From an uncultured Rhodospirillaceae bacterium (GTDB lineage: Bacteria > Pseudomonadota > Alphaproteobacteria > UBA9219): 64,000 bases of DNA. Below the pieces are notes generated by a model. It was not told the DNA's origin. It saw only the letters and a list, made by a program, of their open reading frames with translations, and did no database searches. The translations under genes were made by a program, and so were the position numbers. The DNA lies in the NCBI GenBank assembly GCA_964652235.1, contig CAZZDK010000010.1:5083-69082 (forward strand), given 5' to 3'. This document shows, piece after piece, positions 19,313 to 28,271 of this stretch (position 1 is the stretch's first letter; each line of letters begins with the position of its first letter).

Positions 19313-20347
19313 ATGGCGAAAATAGCCTTTCTCGACGATTCTTTTCCCTTCACGGGCGCGAGTCTGCGGGAAGGCCCCCTGGGCGGCATTCAGACGGCCA
19401 CGGTCATGCTCGCGGAAACGCTGGCGGAGCGTGGACATCATGTGAGCGTCCACGGCATGATCGCCGCCGACGAAAGGGTGGAGGGCGTCCTCTATCGGCC
19501 CCTTTTTACGCCCTGGGAAGAGCGTTACGATCTCGTCGTCGCGAATTGCGTGGCCAAACTCTTCGCCTTCGTTCAAGGAAAGAAAAGGGCTTTGTGGCTC
19601 CACGGTCCGGCGCGGTATATGAGGAAACCGCGCCACCTCTGGCCCTATCTGCGTTTCGCGCCGAAGGCCGTCTTTCTGGGCGATTACCACCGCTCCACCT
19701 GGCCGAAATGGATCCCTCTTTTCGGGCAGGAAACGATCCCGCACGGCGTCGGCAAGCCTTTCATCGACGCGCCTTTGGCCGAAGACCCGCCCGCGCCGCG
19801 CGCGATTTTCTTTTCCAATCCGCGCCGTCATCTGGACTGGATTTTAGAGGTCTGGGCCAAGCGCATTTTTCCCGCCATGCCCGAAGCGCAGCTTCACGTT
19901 TATGCCGGGCGGGGCAATTACGGCTCGCGCCGCGACGATAAACTGGACCAGGCGCTGTCTCTCATTGGCCGTTACGCGGACAAAGGCGTTTTCCGGCACG
20001 ATCCCCTGCCCAAGCACCTTCTTCTGCGCGCGCTTCAGGAAAGCCGGGTTATGCTTCATCGCGGCGATCTCGGCGAGACGTTCTGTTTCGCCGCCGCCGA
20101 GGCGCAGGCGGCGGGCGTGCCGCTTGTGACGGGCGGCCTGGGTTCGCTTGCCGAGCGGGTGACCCACGGCCAGACGGGCTTTCTTTGCGAAGACCAGGAA
20201 AGTTTCGCCAAAGCGACGCTTCGCCTTTTGCGCGAGGACGGCCTTTGGCGCGCGCATCACAAAGCGGCGCAGGAATCCAGAAAGGACTTGTCCTGGGACA
20301 AGGCCGCCGACGCCTGGGAGTCCGCTTTTGAGTTGAGTGAGCCATGA
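19313..20347 (+). CDS. Glycosyltransferase family 4 (GT-B fold)
   Basis: GT4 C-terminal donor-binding pattern (E-TFCFAAAEAQAAGVPLVTGGLGSLAERVTHGQTGFL = EX7E-like motif). It begins 9 nt after the pentapeptide gene and overlaps the mutL start by 4 nt. Confidence 0.8.
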   Translation: MAKIAFLDDSFPFTGASLREGPLGGIQTATVMLAETLAERGHHVSVHGMIAADERVEGVLYRPLFTPWEERYDLVVANCVAKLFAFVQGKKRALWLHGPARYMRKPRHLWPYLRFAPKAVFLGDYHRSTWPKWIPLFGQETIPHGVGKPFIDAPLAEDPPAPRAIFFSNPRRHLDWILEVWAKRIFPAMPEAQLHVYAGRGNYGSRRDDKLDQALSLIGRYADKGVFRHDPLPKHLLLRALQESRVMLHRGDLGETFCFAAAEAQAAGVPLVTGGLGSLAERVTHGQTGFLCEDQESFAKATLRLLREDGLWRAHHKAAQESRKDLSWDKAADAWESAFELSEP

Positions 20348-22059
20348 CTCTGCGGCGCCTTCCGGAATCTCTGGTCAATCGCATCGCGGCGGGCGAGGTC
20401 GTCGAAAGGCCCGCCGCAGCGTTGAAGGAGCTTGTGGAAAACGCGCTAGACGCCGGGGCGAGCCGGATAGAGGTGTTTCTGCGCGAGGGCGGGCAAAGCC
20501 TGATTCGCGTGGTGGATGACGGCGAAGGCATGACGCGGGACGAGCTGGCGCTTTCCGTCGAGCGTCATGCCACGTCGAAGCTGCCGGACGACGATCTTTG
20601 GAATATTCGCAGTTTTGGCTTTCGCGGCGAGGCGCTGCCCTCCATCGGCGCCGTCGCGCGGCTGGCGATCACAAGCCGGAAAAAGGGAAGCGGCGAGGCC
20701 TGGCGCATCGAAGTCGAAGGCGGCAAGGTTGCGCCGCTCCGTCCCGCTTCTTTGCCGGGCGGGACGATGGTGGAGGTCAGGGATCTTTTCTTCGCCACGC
20801 CCGCGCGGCTTAAGTTTCTCAAGTCGCCGCGGGCGGAGGCCGAGGCCGCGAGGGACATGATCGAAAAGCTGGCTATGGCGAACCGGCGGGTCGATTTTGT
20901 CTATCAGGAAGACGATAAAAGACCGATTCGTTTCGCTGCAGGCGAGGTCGGGAGGGATCGCGTCGCCCAGATTCTCGGCAAGGATTTCGCGGACAATGCC
21001 GAGGCCGTGGGCCTGGAAAGAGACGATTGGCGCGTGACGGGCTTTGCCGCGCGTCCGTCCTGGAACCGTCCGACGACGCGTGAACAATATCTGTTTGTGA
21101 ACGGACGGCCTGTGCGGGACAAGGTTTTGCTTTCCGCCGTGCGCGGCGCTTACGGCGACACGTTGCCTTCCGGGCGGCATCCGGCGGTCGTTCTTTTTCT
21201 TGACCTTCCCGTTCGCGAGGTGGACGTGAACGTCCATCCGACGAAGGCCGAAGTTCGTTTCCGCGATAGCGCAAAAGTGCGCGGCCTTGTCGTGACGGCG
21301 GTGCGCGAAGCGCTTGGCGGCGCGGCGCAGTTCTCTTCCTCCGCGCTGGCTTCCGTCGCGTTCGGTTCTTTCAAAAGCGAATCCGCGCGCCACGTCCTGG
21401 GGTTCGGCGAACATTTCTTTTCGGATCAAGCGCCGCCAGCGGCGCGGGTTGCGGAAAACGTTTTGCCTGCTCAATCTTTCGGGCGGTTGGGCGCTGCCGT
21501 CGCGCAGGTGCATGAAACGTTCATCGTCGCGCAAACGCCTGAAAGCTTGATTATTGTCGATCAGCACGCCGCGCATGAACGCATCGTCTATGAAAAGATG
21601 AAAGAGGCCCTTGCCGCAGGAAAAGTCGAGCGGCAGATTCTCCTGATCCCGGACGTCGTGGAACTGGACGAAAGACAAAGCGCCCGCCTCTTGGAGGCGG
21701 CGGACGATCTGGCGCGGCTCGGCCTCGTCATCGAGCCGTTCGGCGGCGGCGCGGTCCTGGTGCGCGAGGTTCCGGCGCTTTTAGGACCGATGAGCGTTAA
21801 AGAGCTTTTGCGCGATCTGGCCGAAGAACTTCAGGAAAACGAAACCTCGCGCGCGCTGGACAGACGCCTTGAATCCCTGCTTGCCCGCATGGCGTGTCAC
21901 GGATCGGTCCGCGCGGGCCGCAAAATGAACGCGGACGAAATGAACGCGCTTTTGCGCCAGATGGAGGAAACCCCCGCCAGCGCCCAATGCAACCACGGAC
22001 GTCCGACCTATGTCGAAATGAGCCTGGACGATCTGCTCAGACTGTTTGACAGGGATTAG
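20344..22059 (+). CDS. mutL: DNA mismatch repair protein MutL
   Basis: N-terminal GHKL ATPase motifs (IAAGEVVERPAAALKELVENALDAGASRIEV; DDGEGM), and a C-terminal dimerisation region with a GRP-like motif (QCNHGRPT). Confidence 0.95.
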   Translation: MTLRRLPESLVNRIAAGEVVERPAAALKELVENALDAGASRIEVFLREGGQSLIRVVDDGEGMTRDELALSVERHATSKLPDDDLWNIRSFGFRGEALPSIGAVARLAITSRKKGSGEAWRIEVEGGKVAPLRPASLPGGTMVEVRDLFFATPARLKFLKSPRAEAEAARDMIEKLAMANRRVDFVYQEDDKRPIRFAAGEVGRDRVAQILGKDFADNAEAVGLERDDWRVTGFAARPSWNRPTTREQYLFVNGRPVRDKVLLSAVRGAYGDTLPSGRHPAVVLFLDLPVREVDVNVHPTKAEVRFRDSAKVRGLVVTAVREALGGAAQFSSSALASVAFGSFKSESARHVLGFGEHFFSDQAPPAARVAENVLPAQSFGRLGAAVAQVHETFIVAQTPESLIIVDQHAAHERIVYEKMKEALAAGKVERQILLIPDVVELDERQSARLLEAADDLARLGLVIEPFGGGAVLVREVPALLGPMSVKELLRDLAEELQENETSRALDRRLESLLARMACHGSVRAGRKMNADEMNALLRQMEETPASAQCNHGRPTYVEMSLDDLLRLFDRD

Positions 22060-22388
22060 CCGTTATCCAATCCAGGTTGTTTTCTCAAAGGAAAGATTTG
22101 TTGCATCGGCCAATAAGGCACCACCCTCGGTTTTTCTTCCACTTTGTACTGCTCTCGAAAAACGTCGCCAGGCAGAACCCAGAACCCTCTCACTTCTTCC
22201 CCGCGGAAGGAAACGACAAGGACATGGCCCTTTTCCATAAGAACCATCACTCTCCCTCCCCCGATCTTAAGTTCTGTGCCTGCGGGCAGCTCGAGGCTCT
22301 TATTGCCTTCAAGCTCTTCGACAAGCGGAACGCACGGCCTTGCCTCTTTTTTATGGGCCCAGAAATAATCTTCAACCGTCATGCTCAT
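22056..22388 (-). CDS. Hypothetical small protein (110 aa), convergent with and overlapping the mutL stop
   Basis: Only ORF evidence and coding-like composition support it. It has no recognisable motif. It overlaps mutL by 4 nt. Confidence 0.3.
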   Translation of the reverse strand: MSMTVEDYFWAHKKEARPCVPLVEELEGNKSLELPAGTELKIGGGRVMVLMEKGHVLVVSFRGEEVRGFWVLPGDVFREQYKVEEKPRVVPYWPMQQIFPLRKQPGLDNG

Positions 22389-22484
22389 GAAAGCGCCCTC
22401 CCTTGGAGAAACGGAATGGTGAGGAGAGGCTAGAACGAGTTTTGCGGGCGCCTCAAGAAAAACAAAGAAACAAAGTTTTTGTGG

Positions 22485-23036
22485 TTAATGCCGACGAAAA
22501 AACGAAAGAGCCGTGTCGCCGTAAGTCCGCTCGAAGAGAGGGACGCAAGGAGGCGGAACGACCGGCTTTTCGCCTTTGGCCGTTTCGCAAACGATCAGGG
22601 CGCCCGGCGCGACCCAGCCCTGGGTTGTCAGGGCCGTCAGCGCGAGGGGGATCAATCCCTTGCGGTAAGGCGGGTCTAAAAACACAAGCGAACAGGGAGC
22701 AGGGGCGGGCGGCGGTTTCGTCGCATCAATCGGCCTTATCGTCGCCCGTTCTTCCAGCTTAAGAGAGGATATGTTTTCTTTTAGAATTTTTAACGGCTTG
22801 CGGGCTTTTTCGAAGAAAAAGCATAAGGCCGCGCCGCGCGAAAGAGCCTCAATCCCCAAGGCCCCCGTTCCGGCAAAGGCGTCCAAAACGGCCGCGCCTT
22901 CGATGACGGCGCCCCAATCGTTGTGGGAGAGAATATTGAACAAAGCCTCGCGCACGCGGTCGGTGGTCGGGCGGGTTTCAAGCCCTTCGGGCGCCCTAAG
23001 CGTCCGGCCCCCCAAGGTCCCGCCCGTCACGCGCAT
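22485..23036 (-). CDS. rsmD: 16S rRNA (guanine966-N2)-methyltransferase RsmD
   Basis: RsmD hallmarks: N-terminal GG-GR-L, VLDAFAGTGALGIEALSRGA SAM motif I, and VFLDPPY (DPPY) motif IV. Confidence 0.85.
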   Translation of the reverse strand: MRVTGGTLGGRTLRAPEGLETRPTTDRVREALFNILSHNDWGAVIEGAAVLDAFAGTGALGIEALSRGAALCFFFEKARKPLKILKENISSLKLEERATIRPIDATKPPPAPAPCSLVFLDPPYRKGLIPLALTALTTQGWVAPGALIVCETAKGEKPVVPPPCVPLFERTYGDTALSFFRRH

Positions 23037-23809
23037 GAGGTTTGGCCTTCCTTGAAAAACTTTCCGAGCGACTCGCGCAGGACGCGGCGGGGCACTTCCT
23101 CAATTCCCCCGCGCGGCAACTTGCCGAGCTGGAACGGGCCGAAGGAAACGCGAATGAGCCGCGTGACTTGAAGCCCGACATGGGCCATGACTTTGCGAAC
23201 CTCGCGGTTCTTGCCCTCGCGGATCGTGACGGAAAGCCAGCGGTTCGCGCCTTCCGTCTTTTCGGATTCTATCTCGACTTTGATCGGCTCGTACCTCACG
23301 CCTTCGATGGTGACGCCGCTTGCGAGCGCCTTAAGTTTCTTTTCGTCCACCTCGCCATAGACGCGCACCCGGTAGTGCCGCAGCCAGGCGTTTTGCGGCA
23401 GTTCCAAATGTCGCGCCAAAGCGCCATCGTTGGTCAAGAGCAAAAGGCCCTCGGTGTTGAAGTCGAGACGTCCCACGGTGACGACGCGCGGCAGGTCCGG
23501 CGGCAATTTTTCGAAGACGGTCGGACGTCCTTTGGGGTCGCGGTTGGTCGTTAAGGTTCCCGCCGTCTTGTGATAGCGCCAAACGCGCGGCTCTTCGGCG
23601 GCCTTGACGGGCTTTCCGTCCAGCGTGATCGCGTTTTTATCCGTCACGTTCAAGGCGGGAGAGGAAACGACTTTGCCGTCCACGGCGATGCGTCCCGCTG
23701 CGACGAGCTTTTCGACCTCGCGGCGCGAGGCCACGCCAGCCCGCGCGAGGACCTTGGCGATACGCTCGCCCGCATAGGCTTTTTTCTTAACTTCTGTCAT
23801 GATAGGCAC
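23027..23809 (-). CDS. rRNA pseudouridine synthase (RsuA/RluB family)
   Basis: N-terminal S4 domain (RIAKVLARAGVASRREVEKLV), RsuA-type catalytic motif TVGRLDFNTEGLLLLTNDG, and a basic C-terminus. Confidence 0.85.
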   Translation of the reverse strand: MPIMTEVKKKAYAGERIAKVLARAGVASRREVEKLVAAGRIAVDGKVVSSPALNVTDKNAITLDGKPVKAAEEPRVWRYHKTAGTLTTNRDPKGRPTVFEKLPPDLPRVVTVGRLDFNTEGLLLLTNDGALARHLELPQNAWLRHYRVRVYGEVDEKKLKALASGVTIEGVRYEPIKVEIESEKTEGANRWLSVTIREGKNREVRKVMAHVGLQVTRLIRVSFGPFQLGKLPRGGIEEVPRRVLRESLGKFFKEGQTSCA

Positions 23810-23829
23810 CTTAGCGGAAGCGAAAGGGT

Positions 23830-24291
23830 TTGCCCATGCTCGATTTGAAGCCGGATTATATGCAGGTCGCCATTGACGAAGCCGCCGCCGCCGCCGAACG
23901 CGGCGAGGTGCCCGTCGGCGCGGTTGTCGTCTCGGAAAACGGCGAGATCCTGGCCCGTGTCGGTAACCGGACCGAGGAACTGGCGGATCCCACGGCCCAC
24001 GCCGAAATTCTGGCCATTCGGACGGCCTGCGCCTTGCGGCGGTCGCCGCGGCTGGACCGGTGCGACCTTTATGTGACGCTTGAGCCTTGCGCGATGTGCG
24101 CGGCGGCGATCAGTTTTGCCAGGCTGCGGCGAGTTTATTTTGGGGCTTATGATCCCAAGGGCGGCGGCGTCGAGCATGGCGCGCGCTTTTTCACGCAGCC
24201 GACCTGCCATCACAAGCCCGAAGAGATCGGCGGCATGGACGAGAAAAAATGCGCCGCGCTTTTGAAGGATTTTTTCAAAGCGAAGAGATGA
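23830..24291 (+). CDS. tadA: tRNA-specific adenosine deaminase TadA
   Basis: CDA zinc motifs HAEILAIR and TLEPCAMCAAAI, 153 aa. Confidence 0.9.
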   Translation: MPMLDLKPDYMQVAIDEAAAAAERGEVPVGAVVVSENGEILARVGNRTEELADPTAHAEILAIRTACALRRSPRLDRCDLYVTLEPCAMCAAAISFARLRRVYFGAYDPKGGGVEHGARFFTQPTCHHKPEEIGGMDEKKCAALLKDFFKAKR

Positions 24292-24310
24292 GCGACATCG
24301 TAAAGAGATT

Positions 24311-24454
24311 TGTCATCGCGAGGCCCCGTCTTGTCGCGCCGTAGCGCCAAAGGCCCGAAGGCGGAAGGGGCCGTGGCGATCCAGAGTCACAAGAAACGAC
24401 GTTCGCTTTGCTTGACTCTGGATTGCTTCGCTCCTTGCAGTCGCTCGCAATGAC
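24311..24454. repeat. Nested-palindromic REP/MITE-like element, family 1 (copy A)
   Basis: Outer inverted repeat gtcatcgcgag...ctcgcaatgac and inner inverted repeat gatccagagtca...tgactctggattg, in the convergent tadA/purD intergenic space. A related copy lies at about 28155-28267. Confidence 0.6.
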
Positions 24455-24463
24455 GCTTTTTTC

Positions 24464-25738
24464 TTATCTTTCCACCGCCCGCCAGCCGATGTCGCGGCGG
24501 CAAAAGCCTTCCGGCCAGTCGATTTTGGCGACGGCTTCATAAGCCTTTTTTTGTGCTTCTTTGATCGTAGGCGCCCAGCTTGTGACGCCTAAAACACGCC
24601 CGCCGCTCGCCGTGATCTCGCCCTTGTCGTTTTTGGCCGTCCCCGCGTGGAAAACGATGCTGTCCGGAAGCTTGTTCGCTTCATCGATCCCGCGGATGAC
24701 CGATCCTTTCTTGTACGGCCCCGGATAACCCTCCGTCGCCATCACGACGCATAGGGCCGCGTCGTCGCGCCAGTTCATTTCAAACCCTTCCATCACGCCC
24801 TTGCTGACGGCGAAAAGCAGGGCGAGCAGATCGGTCTTCAGGCGCGGCAGCATGACCTGGGTTTCCGGATCGCCGAAGCGGGCGTTGTATTCGATCAGTT
24901 TCGGCCCGTCTTTGGTGATCATGAGGCCTGCGTACAAAACGCCCGTGAAAGGCGTCCCCGCTTCTTTCATCGCTTTGACGGTCGGAAAGATAATTTCGTC
25001 CATCACGCGCTTTGAAAGCGCTTCGGTCATGATCGGGGCAGGGGAATAGGCGCCCATGCCGCCCGTGTTCGGGCCTTTGTCGCCGTCAAAAACGGCTTTG
25101 TGATCCTGCGCGTTTGTGAAGGGGATCGCCGTCTCGCCGTCCGATAGAGCGAAAAAGCTGGCTTCTTCGCCGACCATGAATTCCTCGATCACGATTTCCT
25201 CGCCCGCCGCGCCGAAGGCTTTGCCCGTCATGGCTTCGTCGATGGCGGTCAGGGCTTCCTCGACCGTTTGAGCGATAGTCACGCCTTTGCCCGCCGCGAG
25301 GCCGTCGGCTTTGACGACGATGGGCGCGCCTTTTTCCTTAACATAGGCCTTGGCCTTTTCAGGGTCTTTGAAGCGTTCGTAGGCGGCGGTGGGAATGCCC
25401 GCCCGTTTGCAAAGATCCTTCATAAAGCCCTTGGAACTTTCCAATTGCGCGGCGGCTTTCGTGGGGCCGAAGACGGGAATCCCTTCGGCGCGGATCGCGT
25501 CCACGATCCCGAGGGAAAGGGGGAGCTCCGGCCCGACCACGACGAAATCCATGGCGAAATCGCGGGCGGCGGCGGTCAGGTCTTCGATCTGGTCCACCTG
25601 AATCGGCAGGCACTCGGCTATCTCGGCGATGCCGGGATTGCCGGGGGCGCAGAAAAGCTTGCCGCACAGAGGGGATTTGGAAAGAGCCCAGCACAAAGCA
25701 TGTTCGCGCGCGCCCGATCCTATGACGAGAATCTTCAT
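24464..25738 (-). CDS. purD: Phosphoribosylamine--glycine ligase PurD
   Basis: [15 protein letters not shown] start and ATP-grasp motifs across 424 aa. The ORF-track start at 25801 lies upstream of the canonical MKILVIG start. Confidence 0.95.
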   Translation of the reverse strand: MKILVIGSGAREHALCWALSKSPLCGKLFCAPGNPGIAEIAECLPIQVDQIEDLTAAARDFAMDFVVVGPELPLSLGIVDAIRAEGIPVFGPTKAAAQLESSKGFMKDLCKRAGIPTAAYERFKDPEKAKAYVKEKGAPIVVKADGLAAGKGVTIAQTVEEALTAIDEAMTGKAFGAAGEEIVIEEFMVGEEASFFALSDGETAIPFTNAQDHKAVFDGDKGPNTGGMGAYSPAPIMTEALSKRVMDEIIFPTVKAMKEAGTPFTGVLYAGLMITKDGPKLIEYNARFGDPETQVMLPRLKTDLLALLFAVSKGVMEGFEMNWRDDAALCVVMATEGYPGPYKKGSVIRGIDEANKLPDSIVFHAGTAKNDKGEITASGGRVLGVTSWAPTIKEAQKKAYEAVAKIDWPEGFCRRDIGWRAVER

Positions 25739-25780
25739 GTCTTCTTTTCCTTTCCCTAAAAGCCGTCTATCCTGTTTCCC

Positions 25781-27181
25781 ATGGCGACAAGAAAATCTCA
25801 AGGCCCTGAGGGCGAGGAGCCCCTTTTAGCCCTGGCGGGCAGGCCCAGACCGGGCAGCAATCTGCCCGAATATACGGTTTCGGACCTGTCCCGGCAGCTT
25901 AAAAAGACGGTCGAGGACGCCTATGGCCGCGTGCGGGTCCGGGGCGAAATCGGCTCGTGCAAGCTGCATTCCTCCGGGCACCTGTACCTGTCGTTAAAGG
26001 ACGAAAACGCGGTCCTTGAGGCCGTCTGCTGGCGCGGTCAGGCCTCAAAGCTCGGAATCAGGCCCGAAATGGGCATGGACGTGGTTTGCACCGGCAAGCT
26101 CACGACCTATGCGGGGCAGTCGAAATACCAGCTTGTGATCGAGGAAATGGCGCTCGCGGGCGAGGGCGCTTTGCTTAAAATGCTGGAGGAAAGGCGCAAG
26201 AAACTGGCCGCCGAGGGCCTGTTCGACGAAAAGCGTAAAAAGCCCATCCCCTTCCTGCCGGGGGTTATTGGCGTTGTGACGTCTCCCACGGGCGCGGTGA
26301 TCCGCGACATCCTTCATCGCCTTGAGGATCGTTTTCCCCGGCCCGTTCTGGTTTGGCCCGTGCCTGTGCAGGGAGAGGGCGCGGCGGAAAAAATCGCGGC
26401 AGCCATTCGGGGCTTTAACGCGCTTGAGAAAGGCGGCGCGGTGTCTCGACCCGATCTTCTCATTGTGGCGCGGGGCGGCGGCTCGCTTGAGGATCTGATG
26501 CCGTTCAACGAGGAAATCGTGGTCCGGGCCGTGGCGGAGAGCCGGATTCCGGTCATTTCCGCCGTCGGGCACGAAACGGACACGACTTTGGTCGATTACG
26601 CGGCCGATCTGCGCGCGCCGACGCCGACGGGCGCGGCGGAAAAAGCGGTTCCGGTGCGGACCGAACTCTTGGCGCAAGTCGCGCAGGCAGGCTTAAGGTT
26701 GGACGGCGCGGCCTTTCGTCTTGTCAAGCAGGGCCGCGAAAAAATATCTCTCCTGGCACGGGCGCTGGGCGATCCGGCGCGGGCGCTGCAACCGCTTATG
26801 CAACGGCTCGACGAGCGGGCGGAACGGCTGCAGCTTGGCTGGCAATCCTATCTGCGCCGCGCCCAAAGCCGTCTGGCCGAGGCGGCGGGACGTCTGCGCC
26901 ACCCGCGCGATATTCTGCGCCTGGCCTCGCAGCGCCTGCAAACCCAGGCGCACAAATTGCAATCGTTGGGACGTGAACGGTTTTTGCAGACCGAGAAGAA
27001 ACTGGAGAGGCTGGCCGTAATGCTGGAGGCGCTTTCGCCCCGCGCGGTTTTGGGGCGCGGCTATGCGCTGGTTTACGAGGCTTCAGGCCCGCTTATCACC
27101 CGCGCGGCGCAAATGAAAAAGGGCGCGAAAATCCGCATCGAGCATCAAGACGGCTCAAGAGGCGCGGTCGTCGAGGATTGA
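25781..27181 (+). CDS. xseA: Exodeoxyribonuclease VII large subunit XseA
   Basis: N-terminal OB-fold ([15 protein letters not shown]...VRVRGEIGS), central catalytic domain and a long helical C-terminus. It is divergent from purD. Confidence 0.9.
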   Translation: MATRKSQGPEGEEPLLALAGRPRPGSNLPEYTVSDLSRQLKKTVEDAYGRVRVRGEIGSCKLHSSGHLYLSLKDENAVLEAVCWRGQASKLGIRPEMGMDVVCTGKLTTYAGQSKYQLVIEEMALAGEGALLKMLEERRKKLAAEGLFDEKRKKPIPFLPGVIGVVTSPTGAVIRDILHRLEDRFPRPVLVWPVPVQGEGAAEKIAAAIRGFNALEKGGAVSRPDLLIVARGGGSLEDLMPFNEEIVVRAVAESRIPVISAVGHETDTTLVDYAADLRAPTPTGAAEKAVPVRTELLAQVAQAGLRLDGAAFRLVKQGREKISLLARALGDPARALQPLMQRLDERAERLQLGWQSYLRRAQSRLAEAAGRLRHPRDILRLASQRLQTQAHKLQSLGRERFLQTEKKLERLAVMLEALSPRAVLGRGYALVYEASGPLITRAAQMKKGAKIRIEHQDGSRGAVVED

Positions 27182-28131
27182 AGAATAATCCGCAGCACCT
27201 CTTCCTCGTCCTCGAAAATGAGATGAACGTCCAAAATGCCGACGTCGCGGCGGAACGGATCAGGCAAACGGACCCAATCCTTCGTCGTCGTGACGAGCTG
27301 GGCTTCTTTTCGCCGGGCGGCGGTGGCCAGCGCCGCCAGTTCTTCTTCGGTAAAGATATGGTGGTCTTCGAAATCGGCGGTTTCGACGACCTTCAGGCCC
27401 GCCTCCAGGCAGGAGGCATAGAACTTCGCCGGACGGCCTATGCCGGCGAAAGCCAGAACGGGCGTTCCTTTTTGAAGATTACCCGCAAGCAGGGGCTTAA
27501 GCCGCGCCTGAAGGACGGGTTTGCCGAGGCAAGTGGCGACGTGCTGAACGTCCTCGCCGATCATGACGATGGCCGCGATGCGCGAAAAGGCGTCGTGCAG
27601 AGTCTCGCGCAAAGGCCCGGCGGGGATAAGAAGACGATTGCCGAAACCGACGGCGCCGTCCACGACGAGGAAATTCACGTCCGGCGCCACTTTCGGATTT
27701 TGCAGCCCGTCGTCGAGAATGATGTGCGTCGGGCGTCTGGCCTCGGCCATCTGGATCGCGGCGGCACGGTTGCGTCCTATGAAACAGGGGGCGATTTGCG
27801 CGAGCAGGACGGCCTCGTCCCCTACGTCGCGCGAGGTGTGTTTGTTCAGATCGACCTGCAAGGGGCCTTTTTCGGTGCCGCCGTAGCCGCGCGAAACGAA
27901 AACGGGCGTGCCGCGCTGCTGAATGATAAGCCGCGCGAGCGCCATGGCCGTCGGCGTTTTGCCTGCGCCGCCCGCGACGATGTTGCCGACGCAGATGACG
28001 GGAACCTTGGCCTTATAAGGCTTGATGAACGCATGGCGCAGAAGCCCGGCGGTGCGATAAAGCTGCCCGAAGGGCGCCAGCATAAGGGCCTGCGGCCCTG
28101 TTTTGCGATACCAGAATTTAGGCGTTTTCAT
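27145..28131 (-). CDS. lpxK: Tetraacyldisaccharide 4'-kinase LpxK
   Basis: Walker-A-like VGNIVAGGAGKTP, and LpxK length. Start at the internal MKTPKFWY; the ORF track starts at 28191. The 3' end overlaps convergent xseA by about 37 nt. Confidence 0.9.
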   Translation of the reverse strand: MKTPKFWYRKTGPQALMLAPFGQLYRTAGLLRHAFIKPYKAKVPVICVGNIVAGGAGKTPTAMALARLIIQQRGTPVFVSRGYGGTEKGPLQVDLNKHTSRDVGDEAVLLAQIAPCFIGRNRAAAIQMAEARRPTHIILDDGLQNPKVAPDVNFLVVDGAVGFGNRLLIPAGPLRETLHDAFSRIAAIVMIGEDVQHVATCLGKPVLQARLKPLLAGNLQKGTPVLAFAGIGRPAKFYASCLEAGLKVVETADFEDHHIFTEEELAALATAARRKEAQLVTTTKDWVRLPDPFRRDVGILDVHLIFEDEEEVLRIILQSSTTAPLEPS

Positions 28132-28154
28132 GAGAGATGCGTTTTCCTTTTGTT

Positions 28155-28267
28155 TGTCATTGCGAGGAGGCCTGAAGGGCCGACGAAGCAATCCAGAGTC
28201 AAGTAAACGAAACTTGATTTTTTGTGGTTCTGGATTGCCACGCGCCCTAACGGGCGCTCGTAATGAC
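28155..28267. repeat. Nested-palindromic REP/MITE-like element, family 1 (copy B, degenerate)
   Basis: gtcattgcgagg...gaagcaatccagagtcaag...cttgattttttgtggttctggattgc...ctcgtaatgac has the same outer and inner inverted-repeat architecture as copy A. It sits between waaA and lpxK, same orientation, and is presumably co-transcribed. Confidence 0.6.
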
Positions 28268-28271
28268 GAAT

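Noticed and set aside
5974-22480. A shared 11-12-mer (ttgtggttaatg) in two intergenic regions, and ttttttgtggtt shared with repeat copy B
   Set aside because: With about 2x10^9 position pairs in 64 kb, dozens of exact 12-mer coincidences are expected by chance. There is no extended similarity around them.
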